Assembly (NCBI RefSeq): GCF_009914755.1
Contig: NC_060945.1
Length of the DNA stretch: 64,000 bases
Origin: the human T2T-CHM13v2.0 reference genome, Homo sapiens
Reading direction: 5' to 3' (one strand)
Part shown: one piece after another, positions 16,216 to 37,141 of the stretch
How the letters are laid out: every line of letters starts with the position of its first letter
Position numbering within the stretch: position 1 is the first letter of the stretch
Made by a program: the position numbers and the translations under genes
Notes under the pieces: model-generated
Seen by the model: the letters and a program-made list of their open reading frames with translations, nothing else
The model's database searches: none
What the model was told of the DNA's origin: nothing

Positions 16216-17521
16216 AGACTCCACTTTAGAGATACACCAAAGCCACCGTTGTTACACAAGTTATTAAACTATTATAAAACTCTGCTTTGTCCGACATTTG
16301 CAAAGAGGTACACGAGGAAATGGAATTGGTATTTCATTTTAATTTTCATGACTACTAACTCACCTGAACTTGCTATTTTAAACAAATAGTTCTGTCGACA
16401 CCTAAAATATAATCTGGCTTCTTGTGTCTGGACTAAGTTAAAAGAATTAAAATACTTTGTAATGTCCTGGGCTTTGGGAAATGTTAACCACGTCCTAACT
16501 TCTAGAGAACGTTACTAAAATATAACATACTGATTGTGAAGTCAATCCACAGGTCATGAAAATATAAATCAGACTCTGCACGAGAGTCTGATTTAGGGGG
16601 TCCAACAAATACTCTGACAGATGCAAAAGGAACCTCTGGTCTCATTTCTGCCAGAATCCTCTTTTCTCCCCTAATATCATCCTTATTCTGATGCTCGTTC
16701 ATCACTAACACACCCACAGAAAGGAGGAAGCGGGATGGGTCTTATGCCCAAGGATTTGCACTTTGTGTTTACTTCCATTCCTGGGAACTAAAAGCAACAT
16801 CAAAAGAAATGCCTAATGGCTGGAGCCCACAGGTGTGCACCACAGGATTTGCCTGGTGTGTGTCACTGATTTCTTCATTAAACGTAATTTAGATGGTCAA
16901 ACACAAACCCAAGTGGCTTATTTCACCCCTACTGCTGCTTGCCACTGCTTCCTTCTTGTAAGATTTCTTTGAAGAGGATCAGTGACTTTGACATCAGAAC
17001 TCACCACTGGAGCCTACACAAGTTTGCAGATACCTTTCCCTGCAGGAGTGGTGACTTCACATCTTTCTGTCTCTAAAAATTGTGCAGTGACATTCCGGGC
17101 CAAGTCCCTTAGTCAGGGGTTGACAATTCTGCTTTTGGACAAGGAGGGATGTGGAGGGAAGAAGTAATAGTCTACCAGGAAAATGAGACGAAAAAGCTCA
17201 GTATGACTCCCTGCATCTGGTACCCCTCTTGAAACACAGTGGGCACATGAGCAATGGCTCAAACGAAAAGTGGATCTAATGTGGGTTTCTCAACCGATGA
17301 ACCACAAAAGCTTCCAGCTACTATTACAATGTGAAAATTCCAATGATCCGTTTACCAGAGCAATTAGACTATGTTAAAAATTCATATCATTTGTAACTTC
17401 TTTTAATTACTGAATTGATATTAAAAACAAAATATGGCTAGGGCATGTCCTATTCTTCTGGGCAAATGTGGATGAAAAGGTCACTTGCTACCTTTGACAA
17501 CTATGAACATGATGGTTAATC

Positions 17522-17839
17522 TTCTTTCTTTTTTTTTTTTTTTTTTTTGAGACGGAGTCTCACTCTGTCGCCCAGGCTGGAGTACAGTGGCACAATCTTG
17601 GCTCACTGCAACCTCCGCCTCCCCTCCGCCTCCCAGATTCAAGCACTTCTCCTGCCTCAGCCTCCCAAGTAGCTGAGATTATAGGCGTGTACCACCACAC
17701 CTGGCTAATTTTTGTATTTTAGTAGAGAAGGGTTTCACCATGTTGGCCAGGCTGGTCTCAAACCTCTGACCTCAAATGATCCACCCCCATCAGCCTCCCA
17801 AAGTGCTGGGATTATAGGCATGAGCCACTGCACTGGGCA
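17522..17839 (-). mobile_element. AluS SINE in long JAM2 3' UTR
   Basis: Reverse dimer; TSD ggttaatcttctt; small internal cctccgcctcc duplication. Confidence 0.9.
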
Positions 17840-18085
17840 GGTTAATCTTCTTTCAAAAGAGTCTGCTCTTTCTACCCAATTGGCGAAGCAAATCCCCAGG
17901 ATTCACCGAACAAATGGATTAAGCACCCACTGAGTGCCTAGCATGTGCCTGGACACCAGGCCACCGGGAAGATGCTCCCCCTTTGACTTGTCTATGACAT
18001 GCTATGTCTCTCACCAGATCCCTTCCTGGAGGTCGGGCTTCTGTAACATGGCTCTGCCCCCAAAATAAAATTTTCACCGCGAGTC

Positions 18086-18299
18086 AGGGATCGGCAAACA
18101 TTTTCTGTAAAGAGCCAGAAAGTAGATATTTTAAGTCATAAGGTCCCTGTTAACAACTACTTGACTCTGCCATTGTAGCACAAAGGCAGCCACAGACAAA
18201 ACAAGCAAGTAGTCATGTCTGTGTTCCAATAAGACTTTATTTACAAAAACAGCAGGCACAGACAAGATTTGGCCCACAGGCATAGATTCCCAACTCATG
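18086..18299. mobile_element. MER58A-like hAT element
   Basis: cagggatcggcaaacattttctgtaaagagccag ... tgttccaataagactttatttacaaaaacag. Confidence 0.8.
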
Positions 18300-19596
18300 G
18301 TGGTGAAGTACAGAAAAAAACACCTGTCTACAAGCTTTTGTAAGAAATCAGGCTAAATGTTACCTATGTTTTGGTTGGAAGATTTCTTTGGTTTGAGGAA
18401 TGCTTTCCTCTTGCATTGGCATGCCAAGAGGATAGATGACTCTGAAAGACGCCTCTTCAGACATACCTGTCATCACACAAGATCAACTTCTTCAGTTTAA
18501 ATGACACAAATCCATATTGTGGAAGGAAAATATGTAGTGCCTTAGCTTCACTAATAGTTGTAAAACTTCTTTTTAAGACATCAAAGGCTAGAGGATTCAT
18601 TTTATGCAGTGCGAACATCTAATAACACTCTCTGTGTCAAATATATATTGTACATTACCTTAAACTATTGTAATAGCTAGGTAAAAATCCTTGTATAAAA
18701 GAATGTTTTCCCCCACACAAAGGGCAGAGTATTGAGCACTAATTTCCTATTAAAAGTATATATATGTATCTGTGGGTCACTGGTGTCCAGACTTGTATTT
18801 GCATTTGTGTTTACTTGAGGAACTTGAACACTAACAACTGGTAAAATCCCATTGTAATTCTTACAGCATTTTGACTTTATTTTCCTGCAGTGAATTGTGT
18901 TGTGTAAAGATTAGGGCTTTAAAATCTTATTAGCAAGCTTTGTTTTGTTTTAATTATTGTTGCTGTTGTAACTAGATTTAATTTATTTTTAGTTGGAGGT
19001 TTGACCTAAGTCTGGACCAATTGATTGCTTTTCAATACAACTTTGCAAAGAACTTCCTTTTTCCACAGGTGGCTTTGTTCGATTAAAGTCTACACTAATA
19101 AAAATAGCTGAACTTGTTAAACTTTTTAGCCCCATATAACAGTGCAGGGAAAGAGTCATCCACCTATTGTTATTCATAAAACCCAGGAAACTACACCCTC
19201 TTACCTTCTGTAGCTACAAGGCTAGCTGCTGGTTAGCTGCTTAAGATTAGAATGTCATCATCTCTGGATGGCTGCCAACTTCTCAAATGCTGAGAAAAAT
19301 GCTCTGAAAATAAAAAGCAACAACTATTTATTGAACACTTTATATATGTCAGAGGTGGGGATGGATGGGGGTGAGGATGTAGAAAATCTCATTCATCTCA
19401 GCGATACTATAAAGTGGGTAATGTCATCATTTTGCAGATGAGGAAACAAGAGTTACTGACTTGTCAAGTTCATGGAGCTGAGGAGTGAGGAATCAGGGTC
19501 TGTGGGGACCCAGATCAGTCTGATCCAGGATGTTTCACACACCATGTTTTTCTCTACCCCCAGGCTGACTTCCTTTTAAATTCTTTGCTGTTATTG

Positions 19597-25347
<5,751 letters not shown>

Positions 25348-26058
25348 GAACACTGTTGGCTTCACACTTTTACACTTTTAAAGAAAATCTTAAAAATCTA
25401 TTAAAGACCTATATTTATTAACACATATCAGAGATATTGTCAAATACTAAAAAGACATGGCTGCTTTTCCTTTAAAATTTACTTTTTTTAAGCCTGATTT
25501 TGACCATTAAAATATTTTTTAAAATAACTTCCTTGAGAGACAGTTATAGTCACTAAAATTTTGACCATGTCTGATATGCCACTTATCTAGAATGTATCTG
25601 CTGGAACTCTTCTTATTAGGACAAAACAACACCATAAAGTTTACTCTTTTAAAGTAAGTTCCTTTATAGAACCCCCGTCATCCCTACCTTTCCCTCATCA
25701 ATCTGAACAGAACTGTAACAGACTCTGTGATCTGCAAGCAAAGATGAGGGACCTGGGTTACTGGGAGAAAATTATTTAACATTTGAGGAGATCAAAGTTA
25801 AACACAATAGATGTTCCAAGACATATAAAAAATTACACTCAGATTTCTGAGAAAGCTATGACCAAGAATTTATAAACCATTTCTTCATGTTCTAAAGGAA
25901 GGGTAACATCCCTCCACAACAAGCAGGGTTATGTGCAAGTTGTGTCCAGTTCATCCAAGGTCTCCATCTGCTTTATTATAACCAAATGAAAGGATCTAAA
26001 AACAACTCTAACACACAGAACTCAATTCATCAAGAACACACTCAACATCACCAAATAA

Positions 26059-26178
26059 TTTATTTGGACTCAGAATTAAAAGAACATTTGACAGTTATGA
26101 AATGCATGTTTATTCTGAAACTTCTAACTAGTTGTACAACTAATCCGTGACAAATTACCAGATTAATTTTACTTTATT
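26059..26178 (-). terminator. ATP5PF polyadenylation signals (three AATAAA)
   Basis: TTTATT on + strand at 26059-26064, 26109-26114 and 26173-26178. Confidence 0.7.
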
Positions 26179-26181
26179 TCT

Positions 26182-26219
26182 TCAGGCCTGGGGTTTTTCG
26201 ATGACTTCAAATTTGGGAT
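26182..26219 (-). CDS. ATP5PF: ATP5PF last coding exon
   Basis: Minus strand cttcttag|AT CCC AAA TTT GAA GTC ATC GAA AAA CCC CAG GCC TGA = (D)PKFEVIEKPQA*. Confidence 0.97.
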
Positions 26220-26767
26220 CTAAGAAGAGGGGGAAAAAAGGGTCAAGCTTAGCCAAATTGCAATAAAATGGATTATGTAGAATGCTCAAGATTTAACTCA
26301 TCAATTTTCTGATTTTTTTAGTAAACACTGTTTGTAAACATTTACATAGAAATATAGCTAAACATTTATGCAACACTTTCTATGAGCCATGCATTCCATT
26401 AATTGACTTTGCATATATTATGTCATTTAACTACATATGCAGAAGATACTATAATTCTCCCCAAATGTCAGATGAGGAGACATGCACCAGTTAATTACTC
26501 AAGATTACACAGCTGAAAGTGATTATAAGGATTCAAGATTGGGCAGTTCGATTTCAGATCCCCACCATTTAATCACTATGTTATGTGATCTCCTATACTG
26601 CTCTTATTCTAACAGCAAACATTTAGCCGGCAGCTTCTCAGGCACACGTCATGGTCCTAATAAATTCACATGTCAACACTGTCATTCAGTTCTCTAAAAA
26701 TCCAGGTAAGTGTAAATATTCTTCACTTATCCCCCACAAGAATGAATCTGTGATTTATAAGACGTAC

Positions 26768-26892
26768 CTTCAAATTTGAAGGTGGGAAATGTATTCATGT
26801 CTGCATTACCAAACATTTGCTTGAGCTTAAAAAGCTCCCTCTCCAGCTCTTGCTGATACTCTGAACTAGCATCAACAGGTCCTCCAGATGTC
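26768..26892 (-). CDS. ATP5PF: ATP5PF middle coding exon
   Basis: taacag|GACATCT and GAAG|gtacgt; 125 nt; (Q)TSGGPVDASSEYQQELERELFKLKQMFGNADMNTFPTFKFE. Confidence 0.97.
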
Positions 26893-26922
26893 CTGTTAAG
26901 TAAATGAGCAAACAAAAATTAA

Positions 26923-27280
<358 letters not shown>

Positions 27281-28518
27281 AATAGACCTTTTTAAAGCAT
27301 TCATGTAGTCAAAGAAAAGACTTCAGAAAGAAAATAAGTATTTCTACTTCAATTTCAATTCAAACTATTTTATTACGATGAGGTTTCACATAAATGAGGT
27401 ATCCTCAAACCAATCTCTAACATTCAAGGTTTCTCAGAATCACGGACACTCACTAAGTCAGAATTTCTCAGGGTCTAAGTTGCAAAAGGTGTATCGTTAA
27501 GTCTACAGGCTCTGGAGTCAAAGACTGGTCCTGTTTGAGTGTAAGTTCAACTATTCAGCAACTGCGTAAACCTGAGTAAGGCACAGAGCACTCTAAATTT
27601 TAGTTTCCACAACTAAATATGAAGGTTCTACCAAACGAGGGTGTAAATGCACACGTACCTCTAAGCACAGTGCCTGGCACACAGTGAGTACTCAATTATT
27701 ATCTACTAATATCATCTGCTTTAAGTCAGCCATCACTAAATGGCTTTTAAAGACCTTAGACTTTTAAGTTTCTACCATAGGGGTCCTATTAAAGAAGCAA
27801 ATTATTTCCTACCCTCAGAGATTTTGCAATTTCGAAGAAAAAAATTACATGTTTACAAACATTTATGCTGTAAAGGAGTGATGTGATGAGCTTCAAAGAC
27901 ATGATTTAACAAAAAGCTATTCAAGTTGAGGAAGAGATTACTTTTGCTAAGCTAATCAGGGAAAATTTCATTTTAAAAAGGTGGCATTTGAGAAACATCA
28001 GGCATCTGGGGCCAGGGTTTATTTTGAGACCTTCTAAGATGGAAAAAGCAAAGACATAGAGGTGGTAAGGGATTGGCTGTATGTGGGGAATGCTAAGGAG
28101 TCTAGATGGAAAAACCAGCAGACCCCAGATCATGGGAGGCCCGGAATGTTAAGCCTGGGAGTTTGTATTTTATTTGCCAAGCAATAAAATGACAAAATTA
28201 GACTTGTGCATTTTGGGAAAATAAATATAGCATTATGGACCAGCAGCAGGGCCAACTGGGTCTCATTAATTCTTTGAAGAAATTCTTCTGTTTTTGTCAT
28301 AAATACTACTGCCTACCTAGCAATGAACAATATTCTAAATGTAAAAAAATGTACACATGAAAATTCCTTCAAGGGTAATAACATTTTTACACATGCCTAT
28401 GATCAAAGTATACAGTCTTATTTAAGTTAAAGAACATGCACAAAAAATACATAGGTGGCTCCAATTTAAGAACTTGTTATCAATATTTCTTGTTAGAGAC
28501 CCAATTTTCTTTTAGATT

Positions 28519-28732
28519 AGCACTGTCCAATAGACCTTTTTGTGATGTTAGAAACGCTCTCTGTCTGTGCTGTCCAGTGTGGCAGCCACTAGCCATATCT
28601 GGCTATTGAGCACTAGAAATATAGCTAACATGAATGAGAAAATGAGAAACTGAATTTATAAATACACTTAATTGTAATTAGAATTTGAATAGTCTCATGG
28701 ATAACGGCAACCAAAATGGACACTGCGGTTCT
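28519..28732. mobile_element. MER3-like hAT element
   Basis: gcactgtccaataga...gcagccactagccatatctggctattgagcact...tggacactgc. Confidence 0.7.
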
Positions 28733-31172
28733 AAATAGATCCTTCAACTAGATACTCTAATACTGGTTACAGATGGATGATGGCTATTTTAACTTTAATA
28801 TGCACTCTTGTGATAAAAAGAGGCCAGAAATCATCTACCTCCTCAACTGAATGTAAGTCTTGCTGCTTATCTTGCTTATTACTATATTCCTAGGCTCTCA
28901 CATGATGCCTAGGACAAAGCAGTCACTCAGAAGATACTTGTTCATTTCACTAGCAAATACTAGGCATGCTAATGTATTGAATAATTTAATTTTTATAATA
29001 TCCTATGAAATGGGTAAGTACTACCATCATCCTCCTTTTACATATGAGAAAACTGTCCTACAGAAGTTAAACCTGCCCAAGGTCATAGAGCTAATTAGTG
29101 GCAGTGCTGGATGCCAGCCCAGGGTCTACCCTCAGAACTCTCCATGTGTTTGTTTGCACAAACGAATGAATGACCCACAAACAAGACTCCTTAGATATAG
29201 GGTACACCTAAGAATTCACTTCTTACTAGATAGGCTTTTAAAGACAGTTAAAATGATGCAAACAGCATCAATACTCTAATATAACACCACATTTGGACAG
29301 AAGACACTCAAAATTCCCTGACGAGTCCTGCACATCTGGTTACTTAACAGTATGATTTTTGGCAAATTCTAACTTTCAGCCTTGGTTTTCTCATATATAA
29401 AATTGGGGTAACATCTATAGGGTTGTTGTCAGAGTTTCATTACCATGTCTACAAAGCACAGAGTAACTTACTACATTTTAATCCCTTCACTATTTCTCCT
29501 CCTCAGTTTTGGCAATGGTAACACCTTTGTTAGTTACCTCGCCTCAAAAGTCAGTTTTCTTTTATTGTTCCCTCTTCTTCCTCTCCAGCAGCTCACCAAA
29601 ACCAGGCATCAGTGTTTCAATGTCTTGACTCTGTCACTTTTACATTACCACTGCTATAAAGTCAAGGTTCTCATCAACTAATGCTTAGGTTACATTTTGC
29701 TAACATGTCTGTCTTTGCTCTCTTCTCATTTCAATCCTTCCAATACCCTGGTTAAAATTATCCTCCTAATTCAGAGTAATCTTCCATCCCCACAGTCATG
29801 TTCAAAAAGCTGTAATTTCTCACAAATGCCTACCACATATCTTACTTGCTCAGTCTACAATCAAGGCCTTCCATAATCCCTCATTCTAACCCCATACCAT
29901 CCTTATACTCTTCATATACCCTATACTCCAGGGAAATAGAATTATACCATTCACCAAATATATTTTGTGCTTTCTAGCACAAACTAAGGCATTTTCATGC
30001 CTTAGTTCACACCATTCTTTCCTCCTAAAAGATACTCTCCTCTTACCCTCATTTATCTGTCCAACCTTCATACACTGATCTTTAAAACCTAGAGTAAACC
30101 CCTGGGTGTACAGGTCTACTGAAGGCCTCCTGTGGGTTTGAGAACTGTTTCATGCTATAAGGAAAATGATGTGAGTAAATTCTTCACGTTTTTTTCTTTA
30201 AACTGGGAAGATGATCCACAGTTGTCCATGAGATTCTCAAGAGGGATGAGTACCCAAACACTGCCTTCCAAGAAGCCTCTAAAATGCCTCTAGCTGGAAA
30301 GGAGTATTCTTTCCTATGAACTCCCCAAGCACCCAGCGTTTCCCTACCTTAGCACCTAACTCATTTTACCTTATATTGTATTTATTTGCTTAGAAGCTTT
30401 CTACTCCTATCGGACTTTAAGAATATTGTAAAAATGCCCTGTGGCCCATCACGGTTAATAGCCAAGTGCTTTACACACAGTAGACAACTATATGAAAGAA
30501 AATGGAACTATGAATTGGTGCGCCTCACTGTTCCTAAGATTTGGGTTTGGACCTGATGACAGCTAAGGTGGTCATTCCTTTCCAAAACTATGGTTCTACA
30601 ATTGTTTTTCTTGGACTTACATTATGTCATTTCAGAGTCTTTTGTCCTTTAATATACATTCTCAGAGATCTGTAACTATGGAAATAGCCTTTTAAAAAAA
30701 AGAGCTGTGTTTATACATTTCCCCCAAATTACAATGTCACAGAAAGGCCACTAAATTGAGGCTAAAATATACTTTGATAATATATTTTTCCCCAATTAGT
30801 TTTATGATCTTCGGCTAATCAATGTCTAAGGGAGTTACTTTTTTCAAACTTAGCTGCTAAATGATTTCCAAGACCCTATGTATTTCTATAAATTGATGTG
30901 GTTTATAATACATGACATGACAGTAAGAATGTATTTTAAACAGCAATAAATTTAGTAGGATTTTCCCTTGTAACTCATATAAAGATACAGTTTCTGACTT
31001 AAAAAAATCAAGATCCTTATCTTCTTTTTTGAGGGCACCTAATGAACCTCTATGTCAGAGATGAGCTCAGTGAAGGTCTAATACTTTCAAATACCAAGTC
31101 ATTTTTATTACCACCTTGAAACTTACATACTTTGAATATTTATATTTACACTGTAGTTATTTATTCACTTAC

Positions 31173-31336
31173 TGTCGCTTAGATTTGTATTCTCTAATCT
31201 TGTCCACAAAGAGTTTCTGTATAGGATCAAGTTCCTTATTAAATGCCACTGCTGTAACACCAATGTTCCTCCGCAAATGGACTGAGACGGCTGACCGAAT
31301 GACAGAGGAGAACCTGAAGAGCCTCTGAAGAATCAT
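31173..31336 (-). CDS. ATP5PF: ATP5PF first coding exon: ATP synthase peripheral stalk subunit F6 (coupling factor 6) with mitochondrial presequence
   Basis: Exon begins at 31343 (aacag|AATCAGC ATG); MILQRLFRFSSVIRSAVSVHLRRNIGVTAVAFNKELDPIQKLFVDKIREYKSKR; donor CA|gtaagt; 164+125+38 = 327 nt = 108 aa plus stop. Confidence 0.97.
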
Positions 31337-31993
31337 GCTGATTCTGTTACAGAAAACAAGCAGCAGAAACGTTAATATACTTATTATAAATCACCTCTAA
31401 ATATATCATGAGAATCAAATTCTACTAATTGCTACAGAATTACATCATATCAGATCTCAGTCTATACCTGACCACAGTTCCCTTCTCCTCCTTATTCCCC
31501 ATTGCAAGTTTTTTAGGTCTTAACCAAAAGGCTCTGGGATAATGGAACAGTTAGAAACTCAGGCCTGAAGCTTCATCAGGGTTAGAGCACAAAATGTGAG
31601 GTGAGGTATTTCTTCCCCCTTGAACTTAGTCATGGATCAGAGAAAACAGTAGAGGTAGACTGTTGCAACACTGTCCGCTCCTAACAGGAAAAGTACACTG
31701 GCCCCCAAACTAATGTACAAGGTTTCCCATACCTCAGCCGGGCATGACAACCTGAAAATGTGTACTTCACAGGCCCACAGAGGGAGAAACTGCTCTGCCT
31801 GTTACAAATGGATTCCAGCCATTTAAGAATACTGTAACAACTAAATCAAAGTCCAGAAGAACCAGCAAAGAAAAACAGCAGCCAGTCCAAATGAGCTGTG
31901 CATGACAGTGGGGAGGATCCGGCAGTCCAACTTTATCAGTGAAATAAATTGGTGAAGGAGATGGAAGTCTGAATTTTAAAAATAAGGACTTAT

Positions 31994-35098
<3,105 letters not shown>

Positions 35099-36415
35099 GT
35101 ATCTGGTCAAAGTTACACAGCAAAATCTAACTTAACACATATATGCAAAAAAAAAAATTGTGCAATTCAATGCCACTTTCCCTTCTGGCAAACTAAGGAC
35201 ATGCTTAACATTCAGCAATAGGTTCACCCGACATTTGCTTAGCCCTAGATACTGTGCAAAGTACTTCCATATATATCCTTTCCTTGTACCCTTACAGCAA
35301 TACTCTCAAAGAGTTAAAGTGTTCTTATCCCTGCTTTACAGATGATAAAACTGTATCTAAGAAAGATTAAGCTGCACGTATTCTCACAGTTAATTTGCTC
35401 TAAGTCTGACTGCATAGATGTTACTCCTTCTGCAACACGGGTAAAATCCACTTTCATTGTTTCAATTATCCACCATGTAAGTGCCTATGATTCCCCAATC
35501 GCATTTCTAATTTTAGTATTCATCCTGAGCCCCAAATCTATCCACAGCATTCAACAGTTCTCATCTCCCTTATAAGTCCTACGAACTCATCCAAAAAACG
35601 AACACATAATCCCATATCAAAACTTGTTCCTTCTCCTTTAATCCCTTTCATTTTTTTTCACTGATTAGTGAATGCATATTGTCCACTAAAACGCAGAAGA
35701 TAGTCATTACACAAATAGCTGTGAAATACCACCTGACATAAATTCTCTATTCCAGTACCATCGGGTGCCACGAGAGCATATGATAGCGTCTGACATGATC
35801 AGAAAGACTGGGGAAGGCAACAGTAAGAAAACACTAGTCTGAGCAGAGGCCTTGTTCTGGGTGGGAGCATGGTTCTATTTATAGTGATGACTGACCGGCC
35901 AAAGGTTAGTAGGTTCGCTGCCTCTTCAGTGCATATTCCTATGAACAATCCATAAAGTCGCCTAATGAAGTGTTAGCACCATCGTTTTTAGGTGGGATGC
36001 AAACTTTCAATATTATGACTAATTTTTTCCCTCTTAATGGTACACGTTCTGCCTAAGTAGCCTAGACGCTCCCGTGCGCCCGGGGCGGGTAGGCCTGGCC
36101 GAAAATCTCTCCCGCGCGCCTGACCTTGGGTTGCCCCAGCCAGGCTGCGGGCCCGAGACCCCCGGGCCTCCCTGCCCCCCGCGCCGCCCCGATTTGCCCT
36201 CAGAGAGGGTATCGATCTTATTTCTGGGTCTACGGCAAACTCCAAGGTCTACAAACGTAGAGGTCAGCTGTGACCCCGGGCCAGGCCGTGAAGGTCCCCA
36301 GGACACAGAGCTGCTCTCTCCTCCTAGTAAAGGTGAGAGGCAGCCCAGGCCTCGTGAAAAAACCCAGAACTGGAGTCCCAAAAGGCCACGCTGATCTAGC
36401 TACCCTCCCAGTCAC

Positions 36416-36470
36416 CTTGCACTCAGTCCCGAGCTGCCAAAGCCTCCGCCGCCACCACCTCCGCTCTACT
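36416..36470 (-). other. ATP5PF: ATP5PF non-coding first exon (5' end approximate)
   Basis: Minus-strand donor GAGTGCAAG|gtgact, GT at 36415-36414, inside the CpG island and just downstream of an ETS site. Confidence 0.7.
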
Positions 36471-36501
36471 TCCGGCCCTGGCTCCGCCCCCACACGCCTA
36501 C

Positions 36502-36518
36502 CCGCCATCGCAATGCAT
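36502..36518 (-). CDS. ATP5PF: ATP5PF alternative first exon adding an N-terminal extension MHCDGGIS
   Basis: ATG CAT TGC GAT GGC GG|gtaggc joins A ATC AGC ATG in frame. Confidence 0.65.
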
Positions 36519-36539
36519 TATGGGCCGCCGTTTCAGTCG

Positions 36540-36633
36540 GTCGACGCTCACCGGACAGGAAGCGTCTCGGAGACAGTCTGCGACCGGACGGGTCTAGGTG
36601 AGACAGAAGCCAAACAGGAGGAGGAAGTGGAGG
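36540..36633 (+). other. GABPA: GABPA alternative non-coding exon 1a (start approximate)
   Basis: Consensus donor GAGG|gtaagt at 36634; a second candidate donor TAG|gtgaga at 36598. Confidence 0.55.
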
Positions 36634-36949
36634 GTAAGTGCTTCCGGGTCCCCTGGCACAGCCTCCGCCATCTTTTCTTCGCCTAATTTGACCCGTTCTT
36701 TTTCCCCTCCTTGAAACCTTGCTCTGTACGCATGCGCTCTTTGAGTGGCCTTTCCCCTAGTTCAAGCTCCCCTCCGAGTCAGCGTCCTGTTCGTTAGGGT
36801 TATCGAAGTGTATAAAGGTGCAGGGAAAGTGAGACTGTGTAAAACAAAGCGGATTGGGGCGTTGTGCTTCCTTGTACCTCGTGAGCCTCCGTTGCCTTGG
36901 GCGGTCGTTTTGCGCACCCTGCCGGGAGTTGTAGTCCTGGACCCGAAGG

Positions 36950-37141
36950 TGCCTGGGAGGCGGGAGGGGGGTTGGGGCTTCTCAGCGCCGATTCCGCGGG
37001 AAGGGCCCTGGGACCTCACACTTCTAGTCGCGGGAGCTGCAGGTCTTACCCGGAGAGACGCTGCACGTGGAGCCCTCGCCGCTGCCGTTCTCAGCCGGCT
37101 CTGGAGTGCGGGCGGGGGCGACAGGGCCGATTCCGGAGTGG
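36950..37141 (+). other. GABPA: GABPA non-coding exon 1b (start approximate)
   Basis: Consensus donor GAGTGG|gtgagt at 37142; would splice to the acceptor at 43137. Confidence 0.7.

Larger units (their letters stand above)
16216..19120 (+). other. JAM2: JAM2 3' UTR (short and long forms; distal end approximate)
   Basis: Follows the stop codon; ATTAAA at 16446-16451 and AATAAA at 19097-19102 are candidate poly(A) signals. Confidence 0.55.

Noticed and set aside
28860-29279. 139-aa ORF antisense to ATP5PF
   Set aside because: Non-ATG start; overlaps MIR/L2-like fragments (gaaaactg...aacctgcccaaggtcatagagcta); no domain-like features
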